Origin: the human T2T-CHM13v2.0 reference genome, Homo sapiens
Direction: 5' to 3' (one strand)
Length of the DNA stretch: 64,000 nucleotides
Assembly: GCF_009914755.1 (NCBI RefSeq)
Contig: NC_060937.1
Shown here: piece after piece, positions 14,001 to 35,543 of the stretch
Position numbering within the stretch: position 1 is the first letter of the stretch
Layout: each line of letters starts with the position of its first letter
Translations under genes and position numbers: made by a program
Notes under the pieces: generated by a model
Told to the model about the DNA's origin: nothing
The model's input: only the letters and a program-made list of their open reading frames with translations
Databases searched by the model: none

Positions 14001-15245
14001 CAGAGACTCCAGGACTCCAGGAAGCTAGGAGAGAGGAGCCAGGGAAGCTACAGTAACCTCAGCAAACATTAGAGTACTTTCTCTCTGCAACACCTCCATA
14101 AGATGATGACACAGTTTCGATGGTTTGAGGTCTCTGCGTCTGCGTTCAAATTTCAAGTTCCAAGGAGAGGGGATCCAAATGGCTCACCTTGGGTCAGACG
14201 TCTATTCCTCAGGAATGATCAACTATGAGCAGCACGTGTGTATATATGTGTATGCTGGACGATTGAACTGCCCATCCATCCCCTGGAAGATCGTTGTCAG
14301 CATTCACACTTCCAGGAATTTACCATAACAAGATAGATAAATATAAAGTAAATTTAAATGTATGTAAAAAGCTATTTATCATAGCGTTAGGGTATCTGTG
14401 AAAGTTGGTCTATTTATAAATATCTACTAGTAAAAAATGGTTAAGAAAAGTATGATAATTATTCAATTGACTATCATATAGTCACTGAAAATGACTATGC
14501 AGATTTATATTGATTTGCATGACATTGCTGAGTGATAAAAACAGGTTTTAGAACAATATTTGCAATAGAATCCCATTACATAAAATTGTATATCTATGTC
14601 TCAGTAGGTGAATGTCTGTGTGTGGGTGTGTGTGTGTGTATTGAATTTTTAACAAATACTTAAAGTGGTTATTTCTATACAGTAGAATTTTAGGCAATAA
14701 TTACTTTTGTGTTTGCCTTTTTTGTTTGTTTCAAGTTTTTTTCCCCATTATTCTGAAGGCCCAATAGCTGAATTCCTATTTGAACTTCTTTTCTACCATC
14801 TCTAACTTGTGCATAATTTATGATCTGGAACCTTGTGTAACAAAGTCAATAATATGAACAGGGTTTGTTATTTACATTTATTATTAATATTTGAATATTA
14901 GCTTTCAGATATTAGTATTCTTTATATGCTAAAACATGATCAGCTAATAGAAGTAAAAATATACTACAATAATTAATTATTGTGAAAGCTGTAAATTTTA
15001 ACAAAAAAATTGCTAAGAACTTTCAAATGTGTAAATATGAAAACAGTTTAATATTTAGTGTAAACATTGTGAGTTTTAGATACATAAAATTCAGGGACAT
15101 TATATTGCCTTTGAGCCAAAATGTTCACAAAATTTTAAATAGAAATATGTCATAGAAGATCGAAATTAGATTATTTCATCAATTGTAGTAGTTATAGGAT
15201 TATTTGGTATATCAGTATTTTTAGTGTTAATATTAAAAATTTATT

Positions 15246-15537
<292 letters not shown>

Positions 15538-16294
15538 TTATTAAGTATAATAAACATTATGAGTTTTTAATTACTAATTCCATTTAGGCTAAGTATCTGA
15601 AAAATATCCTGCCTAGGGAATTCCTCAAATTTGAAGAGAATAAATTAAAAACAGAAATAACAAATTTTCCATCTCAAACTCCAAAATTTGGTAAAGCAAC
15701 ACTCATGACACCCAGAAAATCCAAATACAATAACGAATATAAGGAGTATATGAAAGGAAGAAAGCATTAAAGAAAAGTTAAGGACTCAAAACACATTGTT
15801 TTTACTAACCATGCTTCAACATACAAGAATACTTAAAGAAGTCAATTCCTTATATTTTTAGATTTGTAGAGGCTAAAATTTTAAACAAAATCTTGTCAAA
15901 ATGATGTCTATGATATAAACTACTGATCATTTCTACTCACTGAAAATTAAGAATTTTTGTCTGAACTACAAATCTTAGAAACAATGCCCCTCTAGAAAAA
16001 AAAATTGCCTTAAATTCTTTTTTCCTGAAATATATTGAGCTGTGCATGAAAAGTAAGTGATAATATTAAACATGTCAATTAAAGAGAATCTACTTAGTAT
16101 CAAAATTGTGCAGTTCGATAAACACAGACCCAATCTAGAAGCTGTTGATTTTGAGGGACTTCCCATACTATAATGTCAAACTTTTTAACTTAACCTCACT
16201 ACTTTTGACTTGGCTACTAGCTTTTATAACAGCATCATCATAATTTTACAATTTTATAAGTTTATTAAAAGTTCTCTATTTTCTTCTACTACCT

Positions 16295-16425
16295 ATTTTT
16301 TTTATTTAAGAGATAGAGTCTCACTGTGTTGCCCCAGCTGGACTTGAACTCCTGGGCTCAAGTGATTCTCCCACCTCAGCCTCCCAAGTAGCTGGGACTA
16401 CAGGCTTATGCCACTGCATCCAGCC
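16295..16425 (-). mobile_element. FLAM-type Alu monomer
   Basis: Single Alu arm with T-tail. Confidence 0.75.
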
Positions 16426-16556
16426 TATCTTCTTCTTCTTTTTTTTTTTTTTTTTTTTTGGACATTTGTCAACAATTCATGTAAACACTATTTTGCACAT
16501 GCTGTGAGGTAGGACCCTAATATTATTCTATAAATTGTGCTGAGACAGTTGGATGA

Positions 16557-16965
16557 TGTATTAGATGGCTAGGGTTGCCCTAACAAAATACTACAGACTG
16601 GGTGGCTTAAGCAACTGAAACCTGTTTTCCTACCTTTGTGGAGGCTGGACATTTGAGATCAAGGTGTTGGCAGAGCCGATTCCTTCTGAAGCTTCTCTCC
16701 TGGACTTAAAATGGCCTCCTTCTTGCTTTGTCCTCATGTGGCCTTCCCTCTGGGCATGCATGCTCCTGGTGTCTCTCTGGATGTCCTCAGATCCTCTTCT
16801 TATAAGGCCACCAGTCAGAATGGATCGGGGCTGACTTTAATGGACTCATTTTAATTTAATTACCCCTTGGAAGACCCTATCTCCAAAAACAGCCACATTG
16901 TGAGGTACTGGGGGTTAGGGCTTCAACATTTGCATTTTGGGGAACAAAAATTCAGATGGCCATAA
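16557..16965 (-). mobile_element. MLT1-family MaLR LTR
   Basis: TGTATTAG..CAGACTGGGTGGCTTAAGCAAC..GGGGTTAGGGCTTCAACAT. Confidence 0.8.
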
Positions 16966-17921
16966 AAAGAAAAAAAAGTTATCCTCAGCTCTCTGATTTG
17001 AAATGTCATTTTATTAATTTTAAATCTCATAATAAAAGTGAATCTATTTGTGTTTTCTCCACTTTGTCCCACGGACCTGTTTGACCATTTGTGCCTCAAT
17101 ACCATACTAGTTGAATTGCTGCAACTTTTTGATGTGTTCTGATATCTGGATTAGCAAATCCAGTCTGTATTCTTTTATAATATTTTTAAAAATATGCTCA
17201 TTTAATCTTCCAGATATACTTTGCCTTCAACCTGTTAAAATTCCCATAATAAAAAGTCCTACTGTGATTCTGAATAAAATTTTATGAACTGTATGAATGG
17301 TTTGGGTAAAGTTGACCTTCACACTGTTGACTTTTTCCTTTCAAGAATATGAAGTCTCTTCATTTATTTAGGTCCCCTTTGTGTCCTGCAGTAAAATGTT
17401 TTTGTTTTATTTTTGAAAATATTACACATATTGCTTTTTCCCCTAGGGTACTACATGACCTTTGTTACTATTGCAAATAGAATATTTTTATTATGTTTAC
17501 TTGTTGGTTGTTGTTAGTATACGGCAAAACTATTTTTCTGTGTTGACTTTATACCTAACTAATTTACTGAATTATCTTATTGGTTCTAACACTTTTTATG
17601 TTTGAGCAGTTTGTGTTTTCTCTGCAATTTTAGAACTTAATTATAAAGGCGTGTCCTGGAATTCCTCAGCTGTTTTTGTCAGGTTCACCTCAACGCACTC
17701 TTCCCCCTTTGCCCTGCCTAGCAGAAAATCCCATTGTGTCTTCTCTTTCCCTTTCTGTTCCACTCAAAACCACCTCCAATTAGCTTCCAGGGAATCCAAT
17801 GTCATGTTGTCAGTTGACCCAAGTCAACTCCTAGATTTCTATTACTTTCATATACTGAGCAATTTAAACCTTTTGTCTAAACATTACCTATCTAGGCTAT
17901 ATGTATTATTTATATTTTTTA

Positions 17922-18442
17922 TCTTCTGTATATTATGATGTTTTCACATCTTAAAAACTCTTCTGACTGGGGAGAGACTGCCTTTCCAGGGCTAGCCAAT
18001 TCTTAGAGACGGCAAAGGACTCAGCCAGAGCATGCCTTTGATATAAAAACTAACCAACGCAGAGCCACACCTCCTCTATCTGGCTTGTGCACCCCAGGAA
18101 GGGGTGCCTTCATCATCCCAGAGCCAGGTACCAGGCCACTAAAGACCATCCCTCTAGCTTAGAACCCACTGGAATCATTCAAACTAGCCAGTCCTAAACT
18201 GGTCACCATGCCCTGCCCTGCTTTTCCTAGGGAAATCGCAGTAAAGACTATAGCCTAAACTCTCCCTTTGTTTCTGTCTTCTGCCTCCTGAGGAAAACCT
18301 GGTACTTCCCCTGTGACCCTGTATGGCATGTGCTGACCTGTCTGTAAGACACATGAGTACAGTAAACTCTGTCTCCCAGTGCCTCTCCTGTGTCTCCTTT
18401 TTTGCTGCACCTGACTGATCATCTCATGGAAGAACACAGAAC
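17922..18442 (+). mobile_element. ERVL-class solo LTR (MER74-like)
   Basis: GAGAGACTGCC..CAGGGCTAGCCAATTCTTAGAGA signature; AGTAAA near the 3' end; ends AGAACA. Confidence 0.65.
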
Positions 18443-18923
18443 ATTGTACCAGGGCAGAACTACTGTCAAAATGAAACATTCATTAAGGCATGCTTTTCCT
18501 CAATGGATGAGAATACTATTTCCTATGAGTAAATCTGCTTCTCTCCCAAGCCCACAAGTCCCAACTATTTTTAATTTGTCTTAGAATTCTACTATTTTGG
18601 CAAAACCAAACATTAGTATGAGATATTAACAAAATAGGATTAAAAACCATTGAAGTTATGATATAATTTAGCTAATATACTTTTAGAATGAAGAGCTATT
18701 TTAAGACTTGTCAAAGATAGCATGACAGTTTATGGTTGACACCTGACTGTAATATTTATAACATCTCTGTAGCACATTGATTCCAACAGAAAGAAATATT
18801 TATTGATCAACTAATTTTTAAATATTTGTTTTATTGTGGAAACTTTCAAATATATACAAAGATGGAGAGACTAGATAATGAAATCACACACTTATCTCTG
18901 AGTTTCAACAATTACCAACTTGT

Positions 18924-19256
<333 letters not shown>

Positions 19257-20709
19257 TCACTTTCCCACCAGACTTCTGCATTATTTTGAAGTAAATCTCA
19301 TGCATCATGTAATTTCATCTGTCAATACTTCAGAATAAATTAGATGGATAATTTTAAATCTAGTTTTTCATATATATCTGTATAAGCTATACGTACCCTA
19401 CCTGTAAGTATTTACATCTAAGAATGAAGATATAGGTAAATTCTTTAAATAAATTTTAAAAAGAAAGAGCACACACTAACTCTGTCCAGGGACCTGGGTT
19501 CGCCTCACTAACTCTGGAACCTGGGTTGCATTCCTTCACCTCTCAACACCTCTGCTTCTTCATGTTTCTTCTGTTCTAGGTAATCTGAGATCCCTCCTGC
19601 ATCTAAATCTCCCTGATTGTACCTAAAATTTATTGTTATACTTAAGAATCTACTAATATCTGTAACTAGAGGCTCTGGGTACTAACATGGAAAGAAAATG
19701 GATTTTCTTTTGGAAAATGGATTTTGAGATCAAAGAGGCTTAGGTTTTATTCTGACCCTGCCGCTTAACAGCCAGGTAACCAAGGGCAAATTATATGCTT
19801 TTTTCTGCCTCTGTTTCATCTCCTGAAAAATGAGTTTCAAATATTTTTCACAGGTTAGGAAAAGTAGTATGAAAAGAGCTATAGTAGCTGTCACAAAAAT
19901 AGGATACCCTAAATAATTCACTGGAAAAAATACTAAAAATTCGATTTGTATGTTTTAATCGAAAAGAAAATAAATTAAGCCTAATGGAGATTGAATATAC
20001 AGGTTGACAGTGGGGCCCTCACTTGTTCTATCAGCTAATTAAGTATGGGTTTCTTTTTATTTATCATCCCTGGGACTTATTACAGTCCCTGAATTTTAAG
20101 AGTCACATTTTCCATTTGTTCTGGAAAAATTTTGGCCATTATTTCTTTGAAAACTGTCTTATTCTCTCACTTTGAAACTATATGATTTGATATAGGCTAG
20201 AGCCACCAACCCTGTAATTTGTGTTTCTGAAGCACTTCTTCATATTTTCCAATTCTTCATCTTTCTATGTTGTGTCAGGAGTATTTTCTCATATCTACTT
20301 TATAGTATATTAAGTCTGCCTTTGATCATGTGTCTCCATTGTCCCCTTTTTTAACCCTAACCCCTGAGACTTTTTAATATAGTATTGTATTTTGATTTCT
20401 AAGACTTATTTGTTCCTTTTCCAAATCTACTAAGGTCTTTAAAAATAGTCTTTTTTTCTTTATTCATACATTCAATATCATCTTTTATTCCTTTAAACAT
20501 GTTATACTATCATGTTCAGTATAAACCACTGTTATTTTGTGTACCTGATAATTCTGCTACCTAAAAATCTCTAAAGAATCTGGTTCTGCTTGCTTTTCTT
20601 TACTTATTTGTTTCATTCCTTTTACTGCCTCTCATGGATGAGATCTTGCTTTCCCACGTATTACTGTTTATTTAGTTCATGTCTGCTTAAACAATCTTCT
20701 CCTGAATGA

Positions 20710-22234
20710 CTTTGGGTGCTGTTAAAGACATTCAGTTTTATAACAGAAGCAGAGCATAAAAGTTCAAAAAAATTGCAGCCTGATGATGCAGTAGAAAAGA
20801 AAATGCCATTTTCGGAGGAGAAATTCAAGCCAGCTGCAGAAATTTGCATAAGTGACAATGAGCCGAATGTTAATCCCCAAGACAATGGGGAAAATGTCTC
20901 CAGGACATGTCAGAGGTCTTCACAGCTGCCACTCCCATCATAAGCCTGGAGGCCTAGGAGGAAAAAGTGGTTTCGTGAGCCAGGTCCATGGTTCCTATGC
21001 TGTGTGCAGCCTAGGGACTCGGCGCCCTGCATTCCAGCTGCCCCAGCCATGGCTGAAAGGGGCCAACGTAGAACTTGGGACATGGCTTCAGAAGGTGCAA
21101 ACCTCAAGCCTTGGCAGCTTCCACATGGTGTTGAGCCTGCCAGTGCACCGAAGTCAAGAATTGAGGTTTGGGAACCTCCATCTAGATTTCGGAGAATGTA
21201 TGGAAACGCCTGGATGTCTAGGCAGAAGTTTGCTGTAGGGGTGAGGCTCTCATGGAGAACGTCTGCTAGGGCAGCAAGGAAGAGAAATGTGGGGTTGGAG
21301 CCTGCATAGGGAGTCTCTACTGCGGCACTGCCTAGTGGAGCTGTGAGAAGAGGGCCACCATCCTCCAGACCCCACAATTGTAGATCCACTGACAGCTTGC
21401 ACTGTGCACCTGGAAAAGCCACAGACACTCAATGCCAACCCATGAAAGCAGCTAGGAGGGAGGCTGTACCCTGCAAAGCCACTGGAGCAGAGCTGCCCAA
21501 GACCATGGGAACCCACCTCTTGCATCAGCTTGACCTGTATGTGAAACATGGAGTCAAAGGAAGCAGTTTTGGAGCTTTAAGATTTGACTGCCCTGCTGGA
21601 TTTTGGACTTGCATGGGGCCTGTAGCCCCTTTGTTTTGGCCTATTTCTCCCATTTGGAATGGCTGTATTTACCCAATGCCTATACTCCCATTGTTTCTAG
21701 GAAGTAACTGACTTGCTTTTGATTTTACTGGCTCGTAGGCAGGAGGGACTTGCCTTGTCTCAGATGAGAATTTGGACTGTGGACTTTTGAGTTAATGCTG
21801 AAATAAGCTAAGACTTTTGGGGACTGTTGGGAAGGCATGATTGGTTTTGAAATGTGAGGACATGAGATTTGGGAGGGACCAGGGGTGGAATGTTATGGTT
21901 TGGCTGTGTCCCCACCTAAATCTCATCTTGAATTCCCACATGTTGTGGGAGGGACCCGGTGAGAGGTAATTGAATCACAGGGGCAGGCCTTTCCTGTGCT
22001 TTTCTAGTGATAGTGAATAAGTCTCACGAGATCTGATGGTTTTATAAAGGGGAGTTTCCCTGCACAATCTCTCTTCTCTTGTCTGCTGCCATGTGAGATG
22101 TGCCTTTCACCTTCCGCCATGATTGTGGGGCCTCCCCAGCCACATGGAACTGTAAGTCCAATAAACCTTTTTCTTTTGTAAATTGCTCAGTCTCTGGTAT
22201 GTCTTTATCAGCAGTGTAAAAATGAACTAATACA
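20710..22234 (+). mobile_element. THE1 MaLR: 5'-truncated internal region plus 3' LTR (21891-22234)
   Basis: THE1-int ORF remnants (EEKFKPAAEICIS, MYGNAWMSRQKFA), PPT GGGGTGGAA, LTR TGTTATGGTTTGG...CTAATACA. Confidence 0.9.
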
Positions 22235-24120
<1,886 letters not shown>

Positions 24121-24426
24121 ACTTTCCCTCATATTTATAGGTGTTGCTAAAGAGAGTTCTCTATCTCAGTGGACTGCATGGTAATGGCTATGAACAGGAA
24201 TAAGTGAGAGCAGAGCCCACTCAGGCAGACAGGCCCTTCTGCGTGAGATAAAAACACATCCTGTTCTTGATAGTGCACATGAAAATTTAAAGTTCCTCAA
24301 AGGCTTGAGAAAACCACTGTAGCCTGATTCACAAGAATTGGTCCATATGAAGTGTCGTTTTTGGGCAGGGGTAGGACCACGTCTTCTTCCTCCTTTTCTC
24401 CTCCCAACTACATATGCTTTTCTTAT

Positions 24427-24570
24427 CTGATGAAGTTTTGCAGAAAATGTTCTTACAGGGGTTGTTTACGTAAATGGTGTGGCCTTTTGGCTCTTTTAAG
24501 CCTTGCATAGTTCATAGCCAGCTCATCCTCTCCTTCACTTTCTGAATGCCCAAGGACAAATGAGTAGATC
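24427..24570 (-). pseudogene. ATP8A2-like exon 2 equivalent (144 nt)
   Basis: Acceptor ccttcttgctgcag. Contains an in-frame TGA and an apparent 1-nt deletion in TGCAAAACTTCATCAG. The donor reads ATAAGA instead of GTAAGA. HTIYVNNP resembles RTIYLNQP. Confidence 0.85.
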
Positions 24571-24624
24571 CTGCAGCAAGAAGGCACAGAGCATTACACA
24601 GAAATGCAAACAAAGGCAGACTCT

Positions 24625-25031
<407 letters not shown>

Positions 25032-25281
25032 TCACCCTGGCCAGGTGATGGGGGCTGGTTGCATAGAAAGGGTTCCCTGCCAGCTCATGCACCCCATCCT
25101 CTCCCTGCTCCACAGACTCTAGGTGGGCATCCAGGCTCAGGGAGCCGTGGAGACTAGGATGAGAAAGAAGCCAGGCTTGGCTCAAAAAAAGGAGAGAGTG
25201 TATGGGAGGGAGAAGGGCAAGGAGTAGGGAAAGACGAAAGGGGAGGAGGGCAAGGGGAGATCCATCTGAGAGTGTCTTGGC

Positions 25282-25874
25282 TGAAGAACATTAACTCCCT
25301 GACCAGAGAGGAGATCCCTGACCAAGGCAGCCATTAAGGTCCCCTCAGCTTGGCTAAACTGTAAATGGGTTTCTTCCAGACTACAGGCCCCTGACCTACC
25401 TTTTTTTGTGTCCTACAGTAAATTTACTTTAGAAAACTTGTAATCGTACATTTTTCCTCTTTCTTCTTTGAAATATATATAAATCTTCTTAAGAGTCTCT
25501 TGCCGGCCTTAAGACCCAGGAAATGTCTTTCTGAAGGAACTAGGGCATCTCTTATAAACGTAACCACCAAAGAAGACAGCACCCCATCTCAGTTTCTTTG
25601 AGAGGGTAGGAGTCTGACTTTAGTGGATGCCTTACTCCAAATTCTAAAATTACCTCCTGTCATGAAGATAGGAGAGAGTTTACTTTTCCTTTTGGTAAAG
25701 CCAATTAGCAAATGCAGATAGGCTACAGTCTCCCTATGCCCACCTGACTCTTAAAAACTCTTCAGTCCTTTGTTTCAGTGAAGCTGAGTTCACACTCTCT
25801 CCTATTATAATAGTTTTGTTTAAAAAGTCTTCCTTGCCTGTTTAATTCTGTCCAGTGCAATTTACACTTTGACA
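25282..25874 (+). mobile_element. ERV1 solo LTR (MER67/MER31-like)
   Basis: AGGCCCCTGACCT..TTACTTTAGAAAACTTG motif; TG...CA ends. Confidence 0.6.
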
Positions 25875-26724
25875 TCTCCTAACCTAAAAACAAATGGGAT
25901 TTTTCTTTTTTTACAAAAAGATTAAAGTGAGTTTTGTTTGTTTTTGATGACAAATAGAGGTCAGGCTGGGAAGGGATTTGCCCTGTATGCCCTCAACACT
26001 AAGGGAGTATGTTTATACCAGAGTCCATTAAGTAAGTGATTTACTTAAATGCAAAAATAAGGCTTTAGATAATGGTGGGCCATCTGATTGGGAGCAAACT
26101 TCCTGTTGAAACACCTTAAAATGCTGGATTTTACAAAAAAAAAAAAGCTTTGAAGAGCCAAGATACTAACTATTATCAAGCCAAAATTTAATCAAAAGCA
26201 AAATCCAGATTTAATAGGTGAAGAATTCAAAAGCACTTTGTTACCGAAGAATTTCCCCTGACTCGTTGACGGTCCTATAGTCCAAGATCAGTATAAATGT
26301 TCAAATCCTTGGGTGAAGGAATTTTCCTGCCATCATTTCTGTTTTGTGCAGCTATTTCTCTTTACGCATTTTACTAACTAAATGCGTAAGATGGAGGAAC
26401 AAAAGATGGGTAACAGTTAGCTAAGCAGCTGCTGCTGAAAATAAATAAAGCCCAGATCATCTTAGTGTGATCTTGAAAATTATCTCATGAAGTCAGCTGA
26501 CCTCTTGCTCCCAGAGGGAAAGTTGCTGGTAACCAAATGTTCCCAGTTGAAAGGTCTAAACCTAAGCTAATATCCTAGCTCACACACTAAGTACCTCCCT
26601 AAACACTTCTTGGTAAAGTTATTAGATTTTTAAAATAATAAAAAATTGTATGATTCTTAATCACAAACCAACTGAATTCACTTACAAAGGTTGGAGAAAG
26701 GGAATATTGGAGCCACACTTGTAA

Positions 26725-27985
26725 GTAGTGTGGGAAAATTGTATATTCACATGCAAAAGAATACAGTTTGATCCTTACCTTACATCATCTACAAAAAATA
26801 ACTCATAACAAATCAAAGACCTAAACCTAAAAGCAAAGACTATCAAAGTATTGGAAGACATAGGGGAAAATCTTCATGACATTGGGTTTGGCAACGATTT
26901 CTTGCATATGACACCAAAAGCACAGGCAACAAGAGAAAATAGATACATAGGACTTCATCAAAATTAAAAACTTTGGTGCATCAAGGATTCTATCAAGAAA
27001 ATGGAAAGACAACAGAATGGGAGAAAATATTTGCAAATTATGTATCTGATAAGAGCTTAATTTCTATAATATATTAAAATCTCCTACAGCTAAACAATCC
27101 AATTCAAAAATGGGGAAACGACTTGAATAGACATTTCTCAAAAGCATATATACAAATAAATGGTCAATGAGCACATGGAAAGATCCTCAACATCAGTAGT
27201 CATTAGGGAAGCGCAAATCAAAACCACAGTAAAATAACACTTCACACCTATTAAGGTGGCTATTATAAAAATAATAATAACAGAAAATAGCAAGTGTTCA
27301 TTAAGATATGGAGAAATTGAAAGCATTGTGCATTGGTGGGAACGTAAAATAGTGCAGCTTCTGTGTAAAACAATATGGTCATTCCTCAAAAAGTTAGACA
27401 TAGAATTATCATGTTATCCATCAATTTCACTTCTAGGTATATAGCCAAAAGAATTAAAAGCAGGGATTCAAACAGGTACTTGCACAAAGTGTTCATAGCA
27501 GCATTATCCACAATAGCCAAGAGTTAGAAGCAATCTGAATGTCCATCAGCAGATGAATGGATGAAATGTGGTACAAAAATACAACGAGATATGATTCAGT
27601 CTTAAAAAGGAATGAAATTCCTACACATGCTACAACATGGATGAAACTTCAAGACGTTATGCTTGGTGAAATAAGCCAGACACAAAAGGTGAAATTTTAT
27701 ATGTTTATATGATTCTACTTATATGGAGTACTTAGACTAGTCAAATTCATAGAGACAGAAAAAGTAGAATAATAGAAGTTATCGGGGCTAGGGGAAGGGG
27801 GTAAAGAAGAGTTACTGTTTAATGGGTGCAAAGTTTCTGTTTGGGATGATGAAATGGTTTTTGAAATAACGGTGATAAGTAATAGTTGCATAACTTTGTG
27901 AATGACACTTAATGCCACTAAATAGTATATTTAAAAATGATTAAAATGGGAAATTTTATGTAATGTCTTTTACCACAATAAGATA
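26725..27985 (+). mobile_element. L1M (L1MB-like) ORF2 3' end and 3' UTR
   Basis: Typical L1 C-terminal and UTR sequence. Confidence 0.8.
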
Positions 27986-27999
27986 TATAACTGATATTA

Positions 28000-29560
<1,561 letters not shown>

Positions 29561-29592
29561 TCCAGTGATTTATTTCTTTGGGAAAAAAAAAA

Positions 29593-29857
29593 GCATTTGG
29601 GAGGCCAAGGCAGGCAGATCACAAGGTCAGGAGATCGAGACCATCCTGGCCAACATGGTGAAACCCCGGCTCTACTAAAAATACAGAAATTAGCTGGATG
29701 TGGTGGTGTATGCCTGTAATCCTAGCTACTCGGGAGGCTGAGGCAGGAGAATCACTTGAACTGGGGAGTCAGAGGTTGCAGTGAGCCAGGATGGCGCCAC
29801 TGTACTCCAGCCTGGCAACAGAGCGAGACTCCGTCTCAAAAAAAAAAAAAAAAAAAG
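29593..29857 (+). mobile_element. 5'-truncated AluSc-like
   Basis: Alu consensus match. Confidence 0.85.
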
Positions 29858-30259
29858 CAAAGAAAAAATTCTGAAAGCAAATATAACAAAATGTTAAAAG
29901 TTGTTTATTCTTAATGGTGAGAATATGAGTGTTTGTTGAATTCCATGTACACACTTACACACATCACATAGGCTCACTGCCATCCACCAGTGACAGTCCC
30001 AACTGCTAGAACACTTTTAAGCAGCAGGTAAATTACATATGAACTTCCTATTTCAATTTATTGTTTCTCTGGCCATTTAGGACTCAGGCCACTGATTTCA
30101 TCCTCTCGGTGCCTGTCTCACAGGATTTCGAGGGCAAGAGTCTGGAATGAAAGAGGAGGACTGGCTAAGCAAGCCAGGACTTTTAGAATATGCTGGAGTT
30201 CGGTTATTGTAACTGTAGTGGGGCAGCTGCAATACGTAAAGGGACAGCAAACTGAAATA

Positions 30260-30501
30260 GGCTGGGCACGGTGGCTCACACCTGTAATCCCAGCACTTTG
30301 GGAGGCCAAAGCAGGTGGATCACTTGAGGTCAGGAGTTCGAGACCAGCCTGGCCAACATGGTGCAACCCCATCTCTACTAAAAATACAAAAAAAAAATTA
30401 GCTGAGCGTGGTGGCAGGTGCCTGTAATCCCAGCTACTCAGAGGCCCAGAGGCTGAGGCAGGAGAATCACTTGAATCCGGGAGGCGGAGACTCAAAAAAA
30501 A
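30260..30501 (+). mobile_element. AluS with right-arm deletion
   Basis: GGAGGCGGAG joined directly to ACTCAAAA. Confidence 0.85.
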
Positions 30502-30806
30502 GAAAACAAACCCCAAAATATTGAAACAAAGTTACTCACCCCCTTAGGCTGGGGAGACCACTTTTGACTAGAAAACTGTCTTTTAAGGCTAATATCCTGA
30601 ATGTTGCCACTCGGCACAAACGGTCCCAATCCCAGATTGCAGCCCCTGGAATGAGAGGACCTCCCCAGCCCGCCTTGTAAAATCCTGGCAGTTGAGGGCT
30701 CCATGCTGTCCCTCCCCTCCACACCGTGCTTCTGGGACAGGCTGCCAGGCTTGCCGTCCCTACACTCACTCACTCACCAGTCAGAGTGGATTGGGGCCCA
30801 TTCTAA

Positions 30807-31374
<568 letters not shown>

Positions 31375-32183
31375 TGACCTACTGGGTACCTGCAGGATAG
31401 CCTTAGTGCTCACCTGATTGCACTTCCTAAGGTAAAGCTTGTCCTACCTGTCTTTGGCGTCCTGGTTACCATCGCAGTTCCCCAAACACTAAGCAATTGA
31501 TTGCAGAGGCACCGTGGTGCAGGCCAAGAGCTGCCTGAAAGTGATGAAAACCTGGGAGTGGGGGAAAACCAGGACAGGGATCCAAGAGGGAGTGAGAGAG
31601 TAACAGGAAATAATCTACCTTCCCCTCAGCTTCCTAGTGACCTCCTCCTACGCAAGTGTGCACTTCCAAGTCATAGCAAGATGCAAGACAATTTCCGATT
31701 TGAAAATGCACATGGAAAACAACAGAAATGCCTGATTTTTTTATGATTCTTTCACATTTATTTGGAATTCATAATTCTTAAAATGTAGTATCAGTATGTT
31801 TGACCAAAAAAACAAGCAGGGGGTGGAGGAGATTGGAACACAGCACTCTCACATTCCAGGGAAAGCCAGGAGTGAACTTGCTCTGGTGCTACCTCAGGAC
31901 ACAGAGTTGTCCACATCAACTCTTTACAAGTAAATCTTGTAGAAAGCTCTAAGAGGAGTTAAATCTGCTAAATAGGCCATGGTGGTTGTCTAAGGCATGA
32001 GGCCTTATGTGAACTAATGAAGAGGAATGAAGGAGGACAGAGGGGTTGGCTGGTAAACTCTCTGAACTGAAATTCGCCCTTCCTAGTCAAAACTGGCCAT
32101 TGTTATGTCAGGGAATTTGTCTTCAGTCTTCTCTAACTGTACTTTTCCTTTTGCTTTAAGCATACTCTTCCCAGTCTCTTCTC

Positions 32184-32344
32184 TTTTTTTTAGAGAGAGA
32201 GACAGGGTCTTGCTCTGTCACCCAGGCTGGAGTGCAATGGCACAATCATAGCTCACTGTATCCTTGAACTCCTGAGCTCAAGCGATCCTCCCACCTCGAC
32301 CTTCCAAAGTCATTGGATTACAGGCATGAGCCACTCCACCCAGC
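32184..32344 (-). mobile_element. Alu monomer / deleted AluJ
   Basis: Alu consensus match. Confidence 0.75.
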
Positions 32345-32367
32345 TCCCAGTCTCGTCTTTAAAGACT

Positions 32368-33115
<748 letters not shown>

Positions 33116-33149
33116 GTGAGAGAAAGACAAACCTCCTGGAAGCAGTGTC

Positions 33150-34438
<1,289 letters not shown>

Positions 34439-34479
34439 TTTTCTTTTCTTCCCCCTTGGCGGACCAGGTGTCTGCCTGG

Positions 34480-34482
<3 letters not shown>

Positions 34483-34518
<36 letters not shown>

Positions 34519-34880
34519 TGAGAAAGCTTAAGATCTATCCTCAGCAGATTTCAACTATATAATATTGTATTGTTAACTACAGTCATCAGATGTATATTAG
34601 ATCTCCAGAATTTATTCATTTGCATAACCAAAACTTGGACCCCTTGACCAATATCTCCCCATTTTCCCCTCCCCTGAGCACCTGGCAGCCAGCATTCTAC
34701 TGTCTGCTTCTATGAGTTTTGACTATTTTAGATCCCACATATAAGTGAGATCATGCAGTGTTTGTTTTTCTGTGTCTGACTTATTTCACTTAGCATAATG
34801 TCCTCCAGATTCATCCATGTTGTCGCAAAGGACAAGCTTACCTTCTTTGTTAAGACTAAATAATATTTCATTGTATATAT
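34483..34880 (-). mobile_element. (GT)n plus L1MA-type 3' end
   Basis: TWMNLEDIMLSEISQ peptide and 3' UTR on the minus strand. Confidence 0.8.
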
Positions 34881-35543
34881 TGTTAAGCAGAAATGCTGTG
34901 CACTGGTGTTAATTCCTAGGAGAAGAACACTGTGCACCAGTTATCAATCCCAGAGGAGGACTCTAAACACCTTGCCAGTTTCTGCTAAAGTTCCTAGTCT
35001 GGCAGGAGGTTTTGCACAAACCCAGCTGCCAGAGTTCTGTAAGGGTTCTTGACTCTGGCAGGGGCTCAGAGCAGATCTAGCTGCCATAGCAGTCATACCT
35101 CTACAATTTGCATTCTTAGATCTAGTCGACGAGACAGACACTCGCATAACAAGTCAGGCAAAGAAAATGTATTACCCACAGATAGACAGCAAGAATCAAC
35201 AGAAGCCTAGAATCCATGGCAAGCCAGTCTCCCAAGGATCAGGAGAGCTGCATGGAGTGAATGGAGTCTCATCTGCCTGTACCTCACTTCACACTGTAGC
35301 TGAGAGACCCCAAAAGCACTCCACTCTGGGTTCTGTATCCCAGGGGCATTTGGGATCACTGAGTACAAGCATTGCAGGACCTCCTGTTCTGGGAGGGACA
35401 AGGACAAAGCCCAGGCTATTCTGAACAGTTCCTTCTTATCTCACGGCTCTGCGTTCTCAGCACATTCTATTCTTATGAGAACTGTAAGTGGGAAGGAGAA
35501 GTGCTATGTCTGCCAAGACCATTCAGGGTCCTGTCCTCCTGCA
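34881..35543 (-). mobile_element. 3' LTR of a class III-like ERV
   Basis: Minus strand TGCAGGAGG...CTTAACA, preceded by a purine-rich tract. Confidence 0.7.

Noticed and set aside
20716-21711. Several overlapping 75-172 aa ORFs
   Set aside because: Broken THE1 internal ORF and its antisense frames.
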